A stretch of DNA of 63,586 nt, the filler included, from Octopus bimaculoides (taxonomy: Eukaryota): NCBI RefSeq assembly GCF_001194135.2. It is 6 parts of 6 records of this genome, joined end to end, with 100 filler letters (N's around TTAATTAATTAA, not from the genome) between each part and the next. Parts side by side here need not be neighbours in the genome. Positions count along the whole stretch, not along the records: positions 1 to 20,131 come from NC_068989.1; positions 20,232 to 35,928 come from NC_068984.1; 4 more parts are not named here. One strand, written 5' to 3'. The notes under the pieces were generated by a model. It searched no databases. It was not told the DNA's origin and saw only the letters and a program-made list of their open reading frames with translations. The translations under genes were made by a program, and so were the position numbers. Below are positions 11,255 to 23,489 of the stretch, one piece after another. The first letter of the stretch is position 1. Every line of letters starts with the position of its first letter.

Positions 11255-13700
11255 AAGAAAGGCGAAGACGACTACGGTCGGTGAATTGCCAAGAATCGCT
11301 AAACCGTCGAACAAAATCGCCTACGGCATTTAGCTGTCGCTCTTTATATTGAGAGTTCTAATCCTTTCAAGGATAATTTTTCCTCCCATCTTTCTGTGGT
11401 CGAGATGGAATTATAATAAAAGAAAATATTAACTCGGAGCAAGAAAGAACGAAAAGCAACGTGTCATTTTACATTTAATAATAGCTTTTTTAAATTTCGA
11501 CAGAAGAGCAAGCAGTTTTGAAGTTGGTGGGGTTAGTTGATTGGCATCGACCCTAAAACGATAAAGTTGACTTCAGCGAGATTTGAACTCAGGAAATAAA
11601 GAGCCGGAACAAATCACGCGACCCCCCCNNNNNNNNNNNNNNNNNNNNNNNNNNNNNNNNNNNNNNNNNNNNNNNNNNNNNNNNNNNNNNNNNNNNNNNN
11701 NNNNNNNNNNNNNNNNNNNNNNNNNNNNNNNNNNNNNNNNNNNNNNNNNNNNNNNNNNNNNNNNNNNNNNNNNNNNNNNNNNNNNNNNNNNNNNNNNNNN
11801 NNNNNNNNNNNNNNNNNNNNNNNNNNNNNNNNNNNNNNNNNNNNNNNNNNNNNNNNNNNNNNNNNNNNNNNNNNNNNNNNNNNNNNNNNNNNNNNNNNNN
11901 NNNNNNNNNNNNNNNNNNNNNNNNNNNNNNNNNNNNNNNNNNNNNNNNNNNNNNNNNNNNNNNNNNNNNNNNNNNNNNNNNNNNNNNNNNNNNNNNNNNN
12001 NNNNNNNNNNNNNNNNNNNNNNNNNNNNNNNNNNNNNNNNNNNNNNNNNNNNNNNNNNNNNNNNNNNNNNNNNNNNNNNNNNNNNNNNNNNNNNNNNNNN
12101 NNNNNNNNNNNNNNNNNNNNNNNNNNNNNNNNNNNNNNNNNNNNNNNNNNNNNNNNNNNNNNNNNNNNNNNNNNNNNNNNNNNNNNNNNNNNNNNNNNNN
12201 NNNNNNNNNNNNNNNNNNNNGGAAACCGCACTTTTTTTTCTCTGCCGATTCACCCCGCTCAACAAGGTGAGAAATTATGAGAAGGTGGTTAGTCGACAAC
12301 ATCGACCTCAGTAGTTAACTGGTACTTTATTTTATCGACCCTGGATGATGAAAAGCAAAGCTATTCTCGATGTGCTTCGAACTCCGAACGTAAAGAGTTG
12401 GAATAAATACGGAGACGTTTTTTTTTTTTTCGCCCCCCACTGGCGTCTTAACTACCCTTAAATAATCATTTTACTTTTAAACATAGGCACAAAGTTAGAA
12501 TTTTGCTGGGAGCGGTTAGTCCATTTTAACCAAATGAGTTCTTGGAATTTGAACTTTAAAAAAAATAAATAAATACGGACCAGCTTTATGTCCGACCTTT
12601 TAACAATTCTGCTATTTGCTCCTTCTAAAATACAATATTTATATATTCTATTCCGGCGGGATTCGAACACGAAATCTGATATAGAGTCGAACGCGCTACC
12701 ATTGCATCACAGGGCCGTAATGTTAATAATTTTTGATCAGGATACTTGGCTACAAAATTAATGAGGGTGCAATCAATCACGGGTACTTATTTTAGCTATC
12801 CCGGAAGGATGAAAGCTAGCTTGAGTATTGACCCCCCAGAACATAGGTACATAACTTTAAATATCACAAGACAATTTGTCTGGAACTGATTCCAGTACTT
12901 ATTTTTATCGACATCGGCCACTTAGAAAACTCAACGCAGAACATTAATGTAACGAAACAGCGCAAAGCAGTTTATCCGTCCCTTTAACAAATCCTTTCTA
13001 CTAATCAGCGCAAGGCCTGAAATTTCGGGAGGCGTGGGGCTAGTAGAATACATCGATCTCAGTATTTGAGTAGTACCGAAAGGATGAAAGGCAAAGTCGA
13101 CCACGGTAGAATTTGAACTCGGAAGAAAAGCCGCTTAACATTTTGTCCGTCGTGCAGATGACTCTGCCAGCTCGCCACCCTTCAAGAATAATCCTTTTTA
13201 CTGTAGACGTAAGACCTGAGATTTTTTTTAGGGGACAGTACACAACTGGTACTTTATCGACTCGCCGATACGATGTAAGACAAAGTCAACTTCGACAGAA
13301 TTTTGAATTCGGAACGTACAACCGAAAGAAATGCCGCCAAGCGTTTTGTCCGAAGTACCAACGATTTTACCAACTTGCTACCCTTATTAATAATAACCAC
13401 TGTCGTTTCTAACGAAGAAGGACAGAAATCGATGAAGGTAAAGAATACGCACATCCGGTGTTTAGGAATCACGATTAGGGTTTTTGTTACGCCGAAAACT
13501 GGTGGTGTACGTATTCTTTACTTCCGCCCAGAAATCTGTTGGTGGTGTGAAGGATTGCCGATTAAATTGATCTCGCTACTTGGGTTATAGTTACATTTTG
13601 TCTAGCCCGATTGATTGACAGGGATTTGAACTCACAACGTAAAGTAAATACCACAAGGCATTTTGTTTGATATTCTAATGACCTTACCAATTCACATCCT
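11255..13700 (-). mobile_element. Cluster of ~7-8 SINE family B copies/fragments, all minus strand
   Basis: Repeated ggatgaaaggcaaagtcgac / atttgaactc / actggtact motifs near 11.3, 11.55, 12.3, 12.8, 12.9, 13.0-13.18, 13.2-13.38 and 13.6 kb. Confidence 0.8.
12649..12716 (-). pseudogene. tRNA-Trp-like pseudogene or isolated SINE head
   Basis: Reverse complement GGCCCTGTGATGCAATGGTAGCGCGTTCGACTCTATATCAGATTTCGTGTTCGAATCCCGCCGGAATA resembles eukaryotic tRNA-Trp (GCAAyGGTAGCGCGT..GACT..A.ATCAGA...CGTGTTCGAATC). The anticodon and variable region are damaged. Confidence 0.55.
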
Positions 13701-14389
13701 TGTTATTATAATTATTATTATTTTCAATATATATTTATAGTTGGCTACAGGGGTTGAACATGCTTGGACCAATACAAGCTTATCAAAACCGACCAAGATT
13801 TGTGTTCGTTTCGCCCGACTGTACCATAGTAGCATCGTCATCTCGGCTACAAAGTTTCGGTTAGAATAAAGATAGACAGACAGGTGTAGAGAGGAGGATT
13901 CTCCAATGCACCGTTGTTGCTGTAGACAATGGGAAATGGGTTTTTCCTGTATGCTGAGACATTTACAGTATCTTCCTTGAGTGTATGTGTGTTTGTGAGT
14001 GTGAAAGACAACTTACGGATGATTTTTATATCAGAGTTAATTTATTTGAATCAATAATGTGTGTATACACACTGATCTTTTCTTTTAACATTGCTATGCA
14101 CTAAAGATGTGCAGCACCCACACACACGCACACACACACACATAATTCTCTCTTATCCCTATGAACTTGCAAGCTTGTCATAATATATTCGTCATCGTCG
14201 TCGTCATAATATATTATTTTGCCGTTTAAACTAATCAATATAAACATTAAATTACTAGTTTTCTGCAGGACACTAATGAACAACTGAAAGTCTACCGAAC
14301 TAAATGGAAGGGTAATTTCATCAACAGAACAATTCAAAGCTTCATTAAAGGGGTCTGAACTGAAGCGTTAGGGCGTCGGGAAAAAATAC

Positions 14390-16240
14390 CATTTGGTATC
14401 TATTCTGTCTGTTTATGATTGGTGTTCAAATTTCGCCAAAGTCAAGGGTGCTTTTATCCCTGGACACGGTAAAATAAAGTACCAGTTAAGTAAAGGGACT
14501 GATATAATTGAGTGTTCCGTGTTCCCATACTCCCAAATTTCTAGCCTCGTGCCTATACAACAAATTGTTGTTCAGGTGAATTGGTATAGTGCGGTGGGGT
14601 TAGGGTTAGCAAAACCGTTAGACTGACGAATTTAATATACCTTGCAGTATATCATCCGGCTTTTTGTTCTCGGTTCAAATACTGCCGAAGTCCACTTCGG
14701 AGTCGATACAATCAAGTACCTATCAAGTATTGAGATCGATGATATCGACTAATTCCTCACAGGCAAAGAGGGTAAAGAATATCGGGACTTGTGCCTATGC
14801 TAGAAGCATTATTAGAAGTATTTGCGGGGCAGTAACAATTAAAATTATTTTTTCTATATAGGGACAAGGCTTGAAATTTGGCGAGGAAGGATAGTCGATT
14901 ACATCGACCCCAGAACTTGACTGGTACTTATTCTATCGACCCCGAAATGATATATATGAAATGCAATGTCGTAATAATAATGCTTTCAAATAATAGCAAT
15001 ATTGTTATTCTTTACGTTCTGGTTTCAAATCTCGTCGTAATCAATTTTACCTTGTCGTCTTTTCGGGGCCGCTAAAATAGTATACTCGTCTAGTACTGGA
15101 GTGAGATGGTGGGAAAGTCAATAATAATATCGACTAAACTTCTCTCGTCAAAATTGCTGGCCTTCTGTCGAAATCAGCATTATGAGCAAGCAAGGGCGAC
15201 GCGTGAGAGCATCGGCGAAAATGTCTTGCGATAATTTTTTCGGTGCTTTATGTTCCAAGTTCAAATCCCGTCGAGATCAATGTTGCTTTTCGTCCCTCCC
15301 GGAGACGATAAAATAAAATTCTAATCAAGTACTGGCATCAGTGGTGTCGTGTAGCCCTCTCCCTAGCAAAATAAATAAATAAATAAAAGGCTCGCGCGCG
15401 AGGTTGCTGCTAGTCTTGTGCCTAAATTACAAACAATTATTATTAGCTGTCCCTTTATTTGATACTCTTGTAACCGAATAAAAGAAATAATAATTATTAT
15501 GTGATAATGACGGTGGATGATTACATCTAAATAATACCTGTCGTGTGTTTTTTGACCCAGGATAGTGAGCTTTTGTTTTTCTTTCTTCTACTGGACCACT
15601 GGAGACGACAGTAAACGGTGAAGCCCTGAACCTAAATGAATTTTGATGCCTTTCATTTCGTGAATCCCAATTCGGTACCCGGCTCTACTGCTTCTTTATT
15701 TCGTAAGAGTTTGATAAAATACTGAAGTTGAATTAAATTGACTACCGTCATTGTTATTTTATTGGGGGAAAAAAGTGGGGGCGCAGCGAGCTGGCTGGCA
15801 TATTCGTCGGGAAAAAAGGTACCTCGTAGTTTTTTTGTTTGTTTTCTGAGTTCGAGTTCTACCTGGGTTCTTTAATTCTTTGCTCTTCATTTCACCGGGA
15901 TCGTCAAAATAAAGTGCCAACAGTGAAATATTTTATCGACTCAGCTCCCTTTCTCTAACTTTTTAGGCCTTAAGGCATCAAGCTGGTAGAAACGTTAGCT
16001 CGCCAGGCAAAACGCTTAGCGCTATTTCGACTGTCCTCGTGTTCTGAGTTCGAATTCCGCCGAGGTCGATTTTGCCTTGCATCCTTTCGGGGTCGATGTA
16101 AAACAAATACCAGTTGAGGCACTGGGGTCGATGTAAAACAAATACCAGTTGAGGCACTGGGGTCGATGTAAACAACTAGCCCCTAAGACCCCCACCCACC
16201 CCCAAATTTCAGGCCTTGTGCAAATAATAAAAAGGATTGA
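14390..16240 (+). mobile_element. Cluster of ~6 SINE family B copies on the plus strand (one short minus piece at 14860-14950)
   Basis: ctgagttcaaat..cgccgaggtcga.tttgcc and ggggtcgat motifs near 14.4, 14.65, 15.0, 15.2, 15.8 and 16.0 kb. Confidence 0.8.
16089..16172 (+). repeat. 35-bp tandem duplication inside a SINE B copy
   Basis: ggggtcgatgtaaaacaaataccagttgaggcact occurs twice, plus a partial third unit. Confidence 0.9.
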
Positions 16241-16857
16241 TTTTACTATTATTTCGCAAATTAATTAAAATTTTAGGTTGATGTTTGTATGGCGATTCTT
16301 CTTCCCCCCTCCCCTCAGTTATTTTTATTTTTTCAATATTCCTGTGTTTCATAAAACAAAAAAGATTTTTTTGCTTCATCCTACAGGTAACATTCTAGGG
16401 TAGATAGATAAAAATCGATTACACAGCCTGTTTCTTCTTCTGCATGTGATCAAAGATTCTGGCTATAAATATGAACATTAAATGTATTCCGTTATTAAAA
16501 AAACTTTCAGACTGTTGGTAGCTCGATTAAAAGTGTACATAAATCGATAGATGATAAATAGATACGTTTATATACATACTTATACAGCTATATGGTTGTA
16601 TAGATTTAATTATGCAGGAGTAAGATTGGTGATGGGACGGACGCCTGGACGATCATGTGCGGAAGTTAAGTGTTCTGTGGCACGGTCCAGTGTATACGAC
16701 TGACCAAACGTCTAAACGGATGTGGTCCTGCCAGAACTATATCACTGATGATGGACTACTGAAAGTTTCTCCCAGAAATATGGATATACTACGAGACACA
16801 TAAGCACGATAGGGAGATATAATTAGCTCGAAATTAATTGCTTTTGTTTAATTGCTC

Positions 16858-17035
16858 GGCGTAGACGTAACTGTGAGGTTTAGAAGCTCGCTTTTCAACC
16901 GCTTGATTTCGAGTTCAATCCCACAGCACGCAGCACCTTCGAGCAAGGGTCTTCCATATCACCGGGTCGACCATTACCTTGTGAGTGAATTCGGTTGACG
17001 GAAATTGTGTGGAAGCCCATCGTGTTTGTATATAC

Positions 17036-17067
<32 letters not shown>

Positions 17068-17210
17068 TTACCCACTCGATGTTTAATAACCGTTGGTCCG
17101 TTTACGTCCCTGTGACTTAGCAGTTCGACAAAAGAGGCCGATAGAATAAGTACTATGCTTTAGAATAAGTCCCGGGGTCGATTTGTTTGATTAAAACTCT
17201 TCAAAAGGTA
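16858..17210 (+). mobile_element. SINE family A, diverged
   Basis: ccttgtgagtgaattcggttgacggaaa...gtttacgtccctgtgacttagcagttcgacaaaag...ggggtcgatttg. Confidence 0.85.
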
Positions 17211-17790
17211 AAAGGTAAACTGAGAAAGTCAACACCCATGGTCCCTTTGGGTACCCCCAAGATCAAGCCAGAAAATTCCAGTAAAGACGTTCTAAGTGCG
17301 AGGTGATTATGGTGTTAAACAAGACGATAGTTTAAATCTTATTTCAAAACAAACGTGACGATTCTTCTGATAGTCTTCCGAATTTTATTCATAAGGCTAT
17401 GAGAAGAAAAGAAACAAAAAAAAAAAGAAAAAAAATTGCCCAAATTAATGCATGGGAGGTTCGAACTCGATACCACAGAGTTGCAAAGCTGAAGTCTTTA
17501 TTGCACTGCCAAGTCTGCATTCCTCATTGCTACCACCAACTGGGCGTTGGCTGCAGGTGTCGCTTCACTTGGTCAGTGGAAGTTACATCCGAACGCATGC
17601 TAGAGAGAGAGAGAGAGAGAGACTGGCTACGTGAAACATGTTTAACTGTCTCTTCTCTTCTGTCTATCCTATTAAAGATCCCATCAAGTTGGGATTTAAG
17701 ATGAATCTTAAGTAACCAGTTGTTCTTTTGTCTCAGGTTAGCCCCATAGCTTAAATTCATTTGCTGATTGGTCTTCACACCTATGAGCAA

Positions 17791-17873
17791 AAGTGTTCCA
17801 TTTATGACTAACCCGTTGTAATTGCAACACCTTCCTTCCACATACGACGGGTTAGTCATAACTAAAACACCTT
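17791..17873 (+). ncRNA. Candidate pre-miRNA-like hairpin
   Basis: 19-bp stem 17802-17820/17843-17861 (18 Watson-Crick pairs + 1 G:U), a 22-nt loop, and basal GUGUU/AACAC pairing. It lies in non-repetitive DNA. No expression evidence. Confidence 0.4.
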
Positions 17874-18226
17874 CATTCACAGTTCTACACACACACGCAC
17901 ACACACATATTCTATCTTTCTCGTTTTAAAGTCAATAGGCTGTGATTGAATGAGATTTGATTTGACTGCTATTTCTAGCATGTATAGTGATCACTCGTTG
18001 GCTCGTTACATTTGCTAAACTTGCTCTGTACAAATGACGACCCCACTTTTTGCGCTCATTTATACATGCCGAGCTCCCTTTTGCTCGATTTCAGCTTCCC
18101 CGGGACGCTTTATTACTTTCTTCACGGAACTGTCCCTTTCTGCATAATTTAGTCAACACAGCTTTACTATACAGCTACTACTATTTTAGTATTGCGTGTG
18201 TGCTCGAGAGAGCTTGCGCACAGAGA

Positions 18227-18262
<36 letters not shown>

Positions 18263-18432
18263 ACTTATGCTAGTGTGTGTGCATGTTTTTTTTTTGTTTG
18301 GGAGTCACAGCATTCATACCTTTCTGTATGACATAAAGCGATGGAAATTAACCAATTCCGTTTTGGGGTCGAATCTAGACTATGGAACTTCACGCTAAAG
18401 TTTGACATTATACCCAGACTTGCACAGTGAAC

Positions 18433-18471
<39 letters not shown>

Positions 18472-18660
18472 GTTGTGTGTTCAGAAGCCATTAGGTAGCT
18501 GGTTTATCGCTAAAAAAACCTTTGGTTTCATATAAAGTGGAGAAACACAAGCAAGCTGGAGCAGAATTAGATCCCAGGACTTTTAGACTATTGCCAAGCT
18601 CGAGTACATTGTATAATTCTCAACTGTCGTCCGGCCATTTATTTTATTTAGTGCACAGGG

Positions 18661-18816
18661 CAGTGGTTCTCAACCTAGGGTCCGCGGACCCCCTAGTGGT
18701 CTGCAAAGGTAGTACTGGGGCTCCGTGAACTAAATTCAAAATTTCGTATAAGGATAAGCATATTAAAAGGAGTCCGTGGGAAATTTTATTTAAATAAAAG
18801 GGGTTGGGAACCACTG
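18661..18816. mobile_element. hAT (Charlie/MER5-like) MITE
   Basis: TIRs cagtggttctcaacc / ggttgggaaccactg (1 mismatch). The 8-bp flanks gcacaggg / acataggg match at 6 of 8 positions. Confidence 0.85.
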
Positions 18817-19499
18817 ACATAGGGGCAATAAGCATTTTGTGTCGTTCCTACCATATTGATATTGGAAAAGACATGAACGCCATAAACCCCTTCTAGTTTT
18901 CTTTTTGCGCTCTTTCAGTAATGTCTTTGTTGTTGATATTATTGAGCAACGTCCTGTGTATTTTCATTAAAACCTATTGATGTCTAGACTAGAATAGGCC
19001 GTTATGAAGTGCCTCAATGCGGGACGGGACATCAACGAGCAAGTTCATTTGGAATGACAGCGGGCGGCCAAATTAAACGCATCTATAAAGGCGCAGCAAC
19101 GCACACAAAGACTGGTATACTGTGTGGAGGAGACGGTATGGATGCGTTTGAAGCCCATCCTATATTTCTCCAGAGAAATACATTCCTCGGATGGTAATGA
19201 AGATAACACATGTTAACAAGGAGAAGATGCGCACACAGTCACAAAATTGTCCCGTCTCTCGCTGATTAAATCCGTTCGTTGTTTCTCATCCATATCGGTT
19301 GTCTTTACCAAAACACAACGGGTTGTGTTTTATTAAGATAAAGGAAAGGCGAAGAGGAAGATGTAATTGTGTGAAGTACGCGTTTCTGCTTTCACCCCCC
19401 CCCCCCNNNNNNNNNNNNNCCCCCCCTCGAGAAACAACTGAATTATAATCGAAACCGTTTTCGCAGGCTCGGTACGCTGCAGATTTATTTTCATTCGTG

Positions 19500-19680
19500 G
19501 GTACCCGTAGCAGAATCAGAAGAGTGGCAAGCAAACTTTTATAACTACATATCCCGAGTTCAAATTCCGTCAAATTCATCTTGGTCTAACGTCCTTCTGG
19601 GGTTAGTTTATATAACCGATAGTCAAATGCTGGGGGTCGATATAAACGACTACCCAACCCCCATGAATATTGTGTTATAT
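19500..19680 (+). mobile_element. SINE family B, diverged
   Basis: ccgagttcaaattccgtc...ggggtcgatataaacgact. Confidence 0.65.
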
Positions 19681-19758
19681 AAGAAAAGAAAATTGGCCTC
19701 AAAAGCTAGAACATCAAAGATAGATTTCCTTTAATCGTGTGTGTACGTGTATATGTGT

Positions 19759-20131
19759 GGAGGCGCAATGGCCCAGTGGTTAGCGCAGCGGACCCGCGGT
19801 CATAGGATCGCGGTTTCGATTTCCAGACCGGGCGTTGTGAGTGTTTATTGAGCGAAAACACCTAAAGCCCCACGAGGCTCCGGCAGGGGATGGTGGCGAA
19901 CCCTGCTGTGCTCTTTCACCACAACTTTCTCTCACTCTTACTGCCTGTTTCTGTTGTGCCTGTGATTCAAAGGGCCAGCTTTATCACACTGTGTCACGCT
20001 GAAAATCCCCGAGAATTACGTTAAGGGTACACGTGTCTGTGGAGTGCTCAGCCACTTGCACGTTAATTTCACGAGCAGGCTGTTCCGTTGATCGGATCAG
20101 CTGGAACCCTCGACGTCGTAAGCGACGGAGT
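19759..20131 (+). mobile_element. SINE family C, near full length, young
   Basis: tRNA-like head ggcgcaatggcccagtggttagcgcagcggac...ggtttcgatttcc. High identity to 4341-4658 and 60478-60785. Confidence 0.93.
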
Positions 20132-20231
20132 NNNNNNNNNNNNNNNNNNNNNNNNNNNNNNNNNNNNNNNNNNNNTTAATTAATTAANNNNNNNNNNNNN
20201 NNNNNNNNNNNNNNNNNNNNNNNNNNNNNNN
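20132..20231. other. Artificial scaffold linker 44N-TTAATTAATTAA-44N
   Basis: Exactly 100 bp. The 12-mer gives stop codons in all six frames. Confidence 0.95.
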
Positions 20232-21141
20232 CACATATATATGCATATACGTATGTATGTATGTATGTATGTATGTATGTATGTATGTATGTGATACTAC
20301 AAAGACATGAAGACATGATGGAAGTGCTGGATGCAGCCCAGAACACGCTAAGCTCTTTTATAGGAAAGTGGTAGAAAATCCAGCCAACGTCAAGTCTATC
20401 AGTGCTGCTAATATTTTCTTAATGAAATTTACTCGTCAGAAATTCTATCCGTCACCAGGATCATAGTTGCATCACTTGGAAGAGTCCACTCGATCAGCAA
20501 ATAATTAGCAGAGTATAGTACAGCAATGGACGCCCACACACTTACCGCGCTTTACATTCTACAGTCAACTGACTTCCATATTTAGAAACTGTGTGGATAC
20601 TATGAGGCAGGGAATTAAGTGGAGGTCTCATTTATCAAGGCTGCCGAAGTTTCTGGAGAAAGTAACAAAAACCGAAGAAAAGAAATAGAAATTTGTACTA
20701 AGTGAAATGCCGTGCCATAAAAATTGTCAATTGTTACAAAGCGTATTTTAGGTTAAAGAGGGGAAGGGGGTGTTTGGGGTGGGGGTGGGAGAGGAATAGC
20801 TGAAATTGCATAAAGTCATACATATGGTGTATTAAAAGGACATTTCGCCTGTCTTGTGAAAGCGTTGTCAAACAGTAGCAACCATAGAAACAAGCGATGC
20901 CTTGCGTCAGCTAATTGTAAGACAGCGGAATCTGAGTCGCGGTGGAACCGGGCGTGACCAGGTTGCAGTTGGTGTGACGAAAAGTTCGATGTCAAACAAT
21001 AAATTCTAAAGTGAAGTTAATAGTCTTTGTGTGTTTTGTATTGGTTAATAAGTGTCTTCTTCGCTGTAATTGTTTTAATTTCAACGCACTGTCTCAGATC
21101 AGGTCACTTATCAGGCAAGTACCCCACTCAAGTAATTATTC

Positions 21142-21144
<3 letters not shown>

Positions 21145-21184
<40 letters not shown>

Positions 21185-21200
21185 CAGTAGCAGCAGCTGT

Positions 21201-21241
<41 letters not shown>

Positions 21242-21243
21242 AA
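21145..21243. repeat. Compound (AGT)n-(AGC)n trinucleotide repeat
   Basis: Seen directly. Confidence 0.95.
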
Positions 21244-21284
21244 AGAACTATTACCACTCTTATTTATGGTCATCACGAAGTGTA

Positions 21285-21520
21285 CGAGCTGGCAGAATCG
21301 TTAGCACGGCGAGCAAAATGCTGAACAGTGTTTCGACTGTCACTACGTCCTGAGTTCAAATTCCACCGAGGTCGACTTTGCTTTTCATCTTTTCGGGGTT
21401 TGATAAATTAAGTACCAGTGAAACACTGGAGTCGATGTAATCGACCGGTTCCCTCCCCACAACATTTCAGGCCTTGCGTGCATATAGTAGAAAGGATTAT
21501 TATTATTATTATTATTATTA
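21285..21520 (+). mobile_element. SINE family B, full length with (ATT)n tail
   Basis: cgagctggcagaatcgttagc...gagttcaaattccaccgaggtcgactttgc...tttcaggccttgcgtgcatatagtagaaaggattattatt. Confidence 0.92.
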
Positions 21521-22873
21521 CAGATGGTGATCTGGCAGAATAGTCAGCAGGCCGAACAAAATGCTTAGCAACATTTCGTCCGTCATTACATTCTGAGTTT
21601 AAATTCGGAATACTGCCTTGTGGAACTTGAAGCCACATCTATCGTTCTGCCAGGCATTCTACCACTGGACCAAAGGAATCTTACGAATTTCTCCGGCGAG
21701 AATTATATTTTGCTGACCTCATAAGAATATATAAACCTTGCAGAGAACATGAAATAATTCTTTTGCGGAAGAGTGGATCTCGAGGCACATAAAACCACAA
21801 ATGATGGCATGTAAATATTGGGTTGAGAAATCTCTTTTGATTCCGTGTCGATTCTCTTATGTGTCGGTCCATTTTACAAACCATGACTCCCCTCAATCTC
21901 ACTAACGGACGGAACTTTTTATTGTATATGAATGTGGAAACATCCACAGGGTGACTAACAGCATGAGGATGGTTAGTCGCATGAGGATGCCACATATCCA
22001 ACAGACAACGTTGTGTGAGTCTGTTTATAGCGAAATCAGTCTAAAATGCATGCAATCTACTGAGCACAACAAGCAATTTCCCATGAGACTCACTGTTGAT
22101 ATGACTGGACCGTACCAAACTCTCTGTATTCTATCATCAAGTCATTTATGTGCTTCGACATCCACTACGCAAAAAGGAAAACATTTTTTTCACGTTCTGT
22201 CGGAAGTTTATCAATTCTTCTGACGCCAACAACATACAGTTTCCGGAGGCAAGAAATTCGAGGATTGCTTTGGTCCAATGGTAGAACGTCTGTCAATTCT
22301 ACAAGAAATGTAGGTTTTAGTCAACCACAAAAGAATGGCCAATGAAAAGGTGATAATACTGATGGTGCCCCAGCATGTCCACCGCCTTGGGGGCTGAAAC
22401 GCATAAAAGAATAAACACACACGCGCGCGCGCGCGCAGATATTCTTCATTTTGCAAATGGTTCACAGATGCAACAGAATCGTTTCTCTAACGTCTCTGTA
22501 TTGGTATCCTCAGTACAGCTATAAAGTAATCCATCTGGGTTTATGCCCTACTTTTTTTTGACAAGGGAGGATGTCTCGTAGTCTTTATTTATTAGTATAT
22601 GTTGAAGGAAGGAACAGTCATTATTTTGCCATTTCATCAGCCTCTACCTATAACTCCGTGGCCCAGTTGTAAACGTGGCCGACATGGCATAACAAATAGA
22701 GTGACAACAATTCAGATTTTGGGAGGTCATCACTTCCTTGGCCTGCTTATCAAATATGAACAATGCTCGGATGAGGACATTCAATACAGTACGGTCTTAC
22801 GTATATAAATAAAGACACGCGCACATGTACTCACACAACCACTCCCTCCACACACACCCACACACACCCACAT

Positions 22874-22923
<50 letters not shown>

Positions 22924-23097
22924 NNNNNNNNNNNNNNNNNNNNNNNNNNNNNNNNNNNNNNNNNNNNNNNNNNNNNNNNNNNNNNNNNNNNNNNNNNNNN
23001 NNNNNNNNNNNNNNNNNNNNNNNNNNNNNNNNNNNNNNNNNNNNNNNNNNNNNNNNNNNNNNNNNNNNNNNNNNNNNNGTATGTATATGTATATAAA

Positions 23098-23370
23098 GGC
23101 GTGTGGCCCAGTGGTTAGGGTGTTGGACTCACGATAGCGAGATCGTGGTTTCGATACCCAGACTGTGTTATATTCTAGAGCAAAGCGCTTCATCTTTTCA
23201 CGTTGCTCCATTCCACTCAACTGTAAATGGGTCACCCTGCAACGGACCAGATTTCTGATCAGGGGTAACGATGACCCACCCGTCTATACAGCAGGTTGGC
23301 ATCATTTAGGAGTTAAAACGATGCAAAACGCCTTGTGACCAACGATGTATAAGAACATCCGATAGTCTGA
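23098..23370 (+). mobile_element. SINE family D
   Basis: Head ggcgtgtggcccagtggttagggtgttggac...ggtttcgataccc, followed by ttcacgttgctcc.ttccactcaactg, which is shared with 55749-56014. Confidence 0.8.
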
Positions 23371-23403
23371 TCGATCATATTATATATATATATATATATA
23401 TAT

Positions 23404-23438
<35 letters not shown>

Positions 23439-23489
23439 CCTGTATTCCATAACTGTACATTCAAGATCCTTCTATATTATATTCTCAAA

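Noticed and set aside
16089-16172. CRISPR-like repeated 35-mer (also the 32-mer at 36418 and 24-mer at 56569)
   Set aside because: Tandem units without unique spacers, in a eukaryotic context. These are slippage duplications.
16620-16770. atatcactgatgatggactactgaaag as a hammerhead or HERO 3' end
   Set aside because: No pairable stem II. The resemblance to HERO 3' ends is from memory and too short to call.
19759-19830. SINE heads as functional tRNA genes (also 54616, 55749, 49074)
   Set aside because: A and B boxes are present, but there is no complete acceptor stem and each continues into a multi-copy SINE body.
21680-22350. Possible Merlin/ISXO2-like transposase relic on the minus strand
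   Set aside because: Only vague motif echoes across several frameshifts. It needs a TBLASTX/HMM search.
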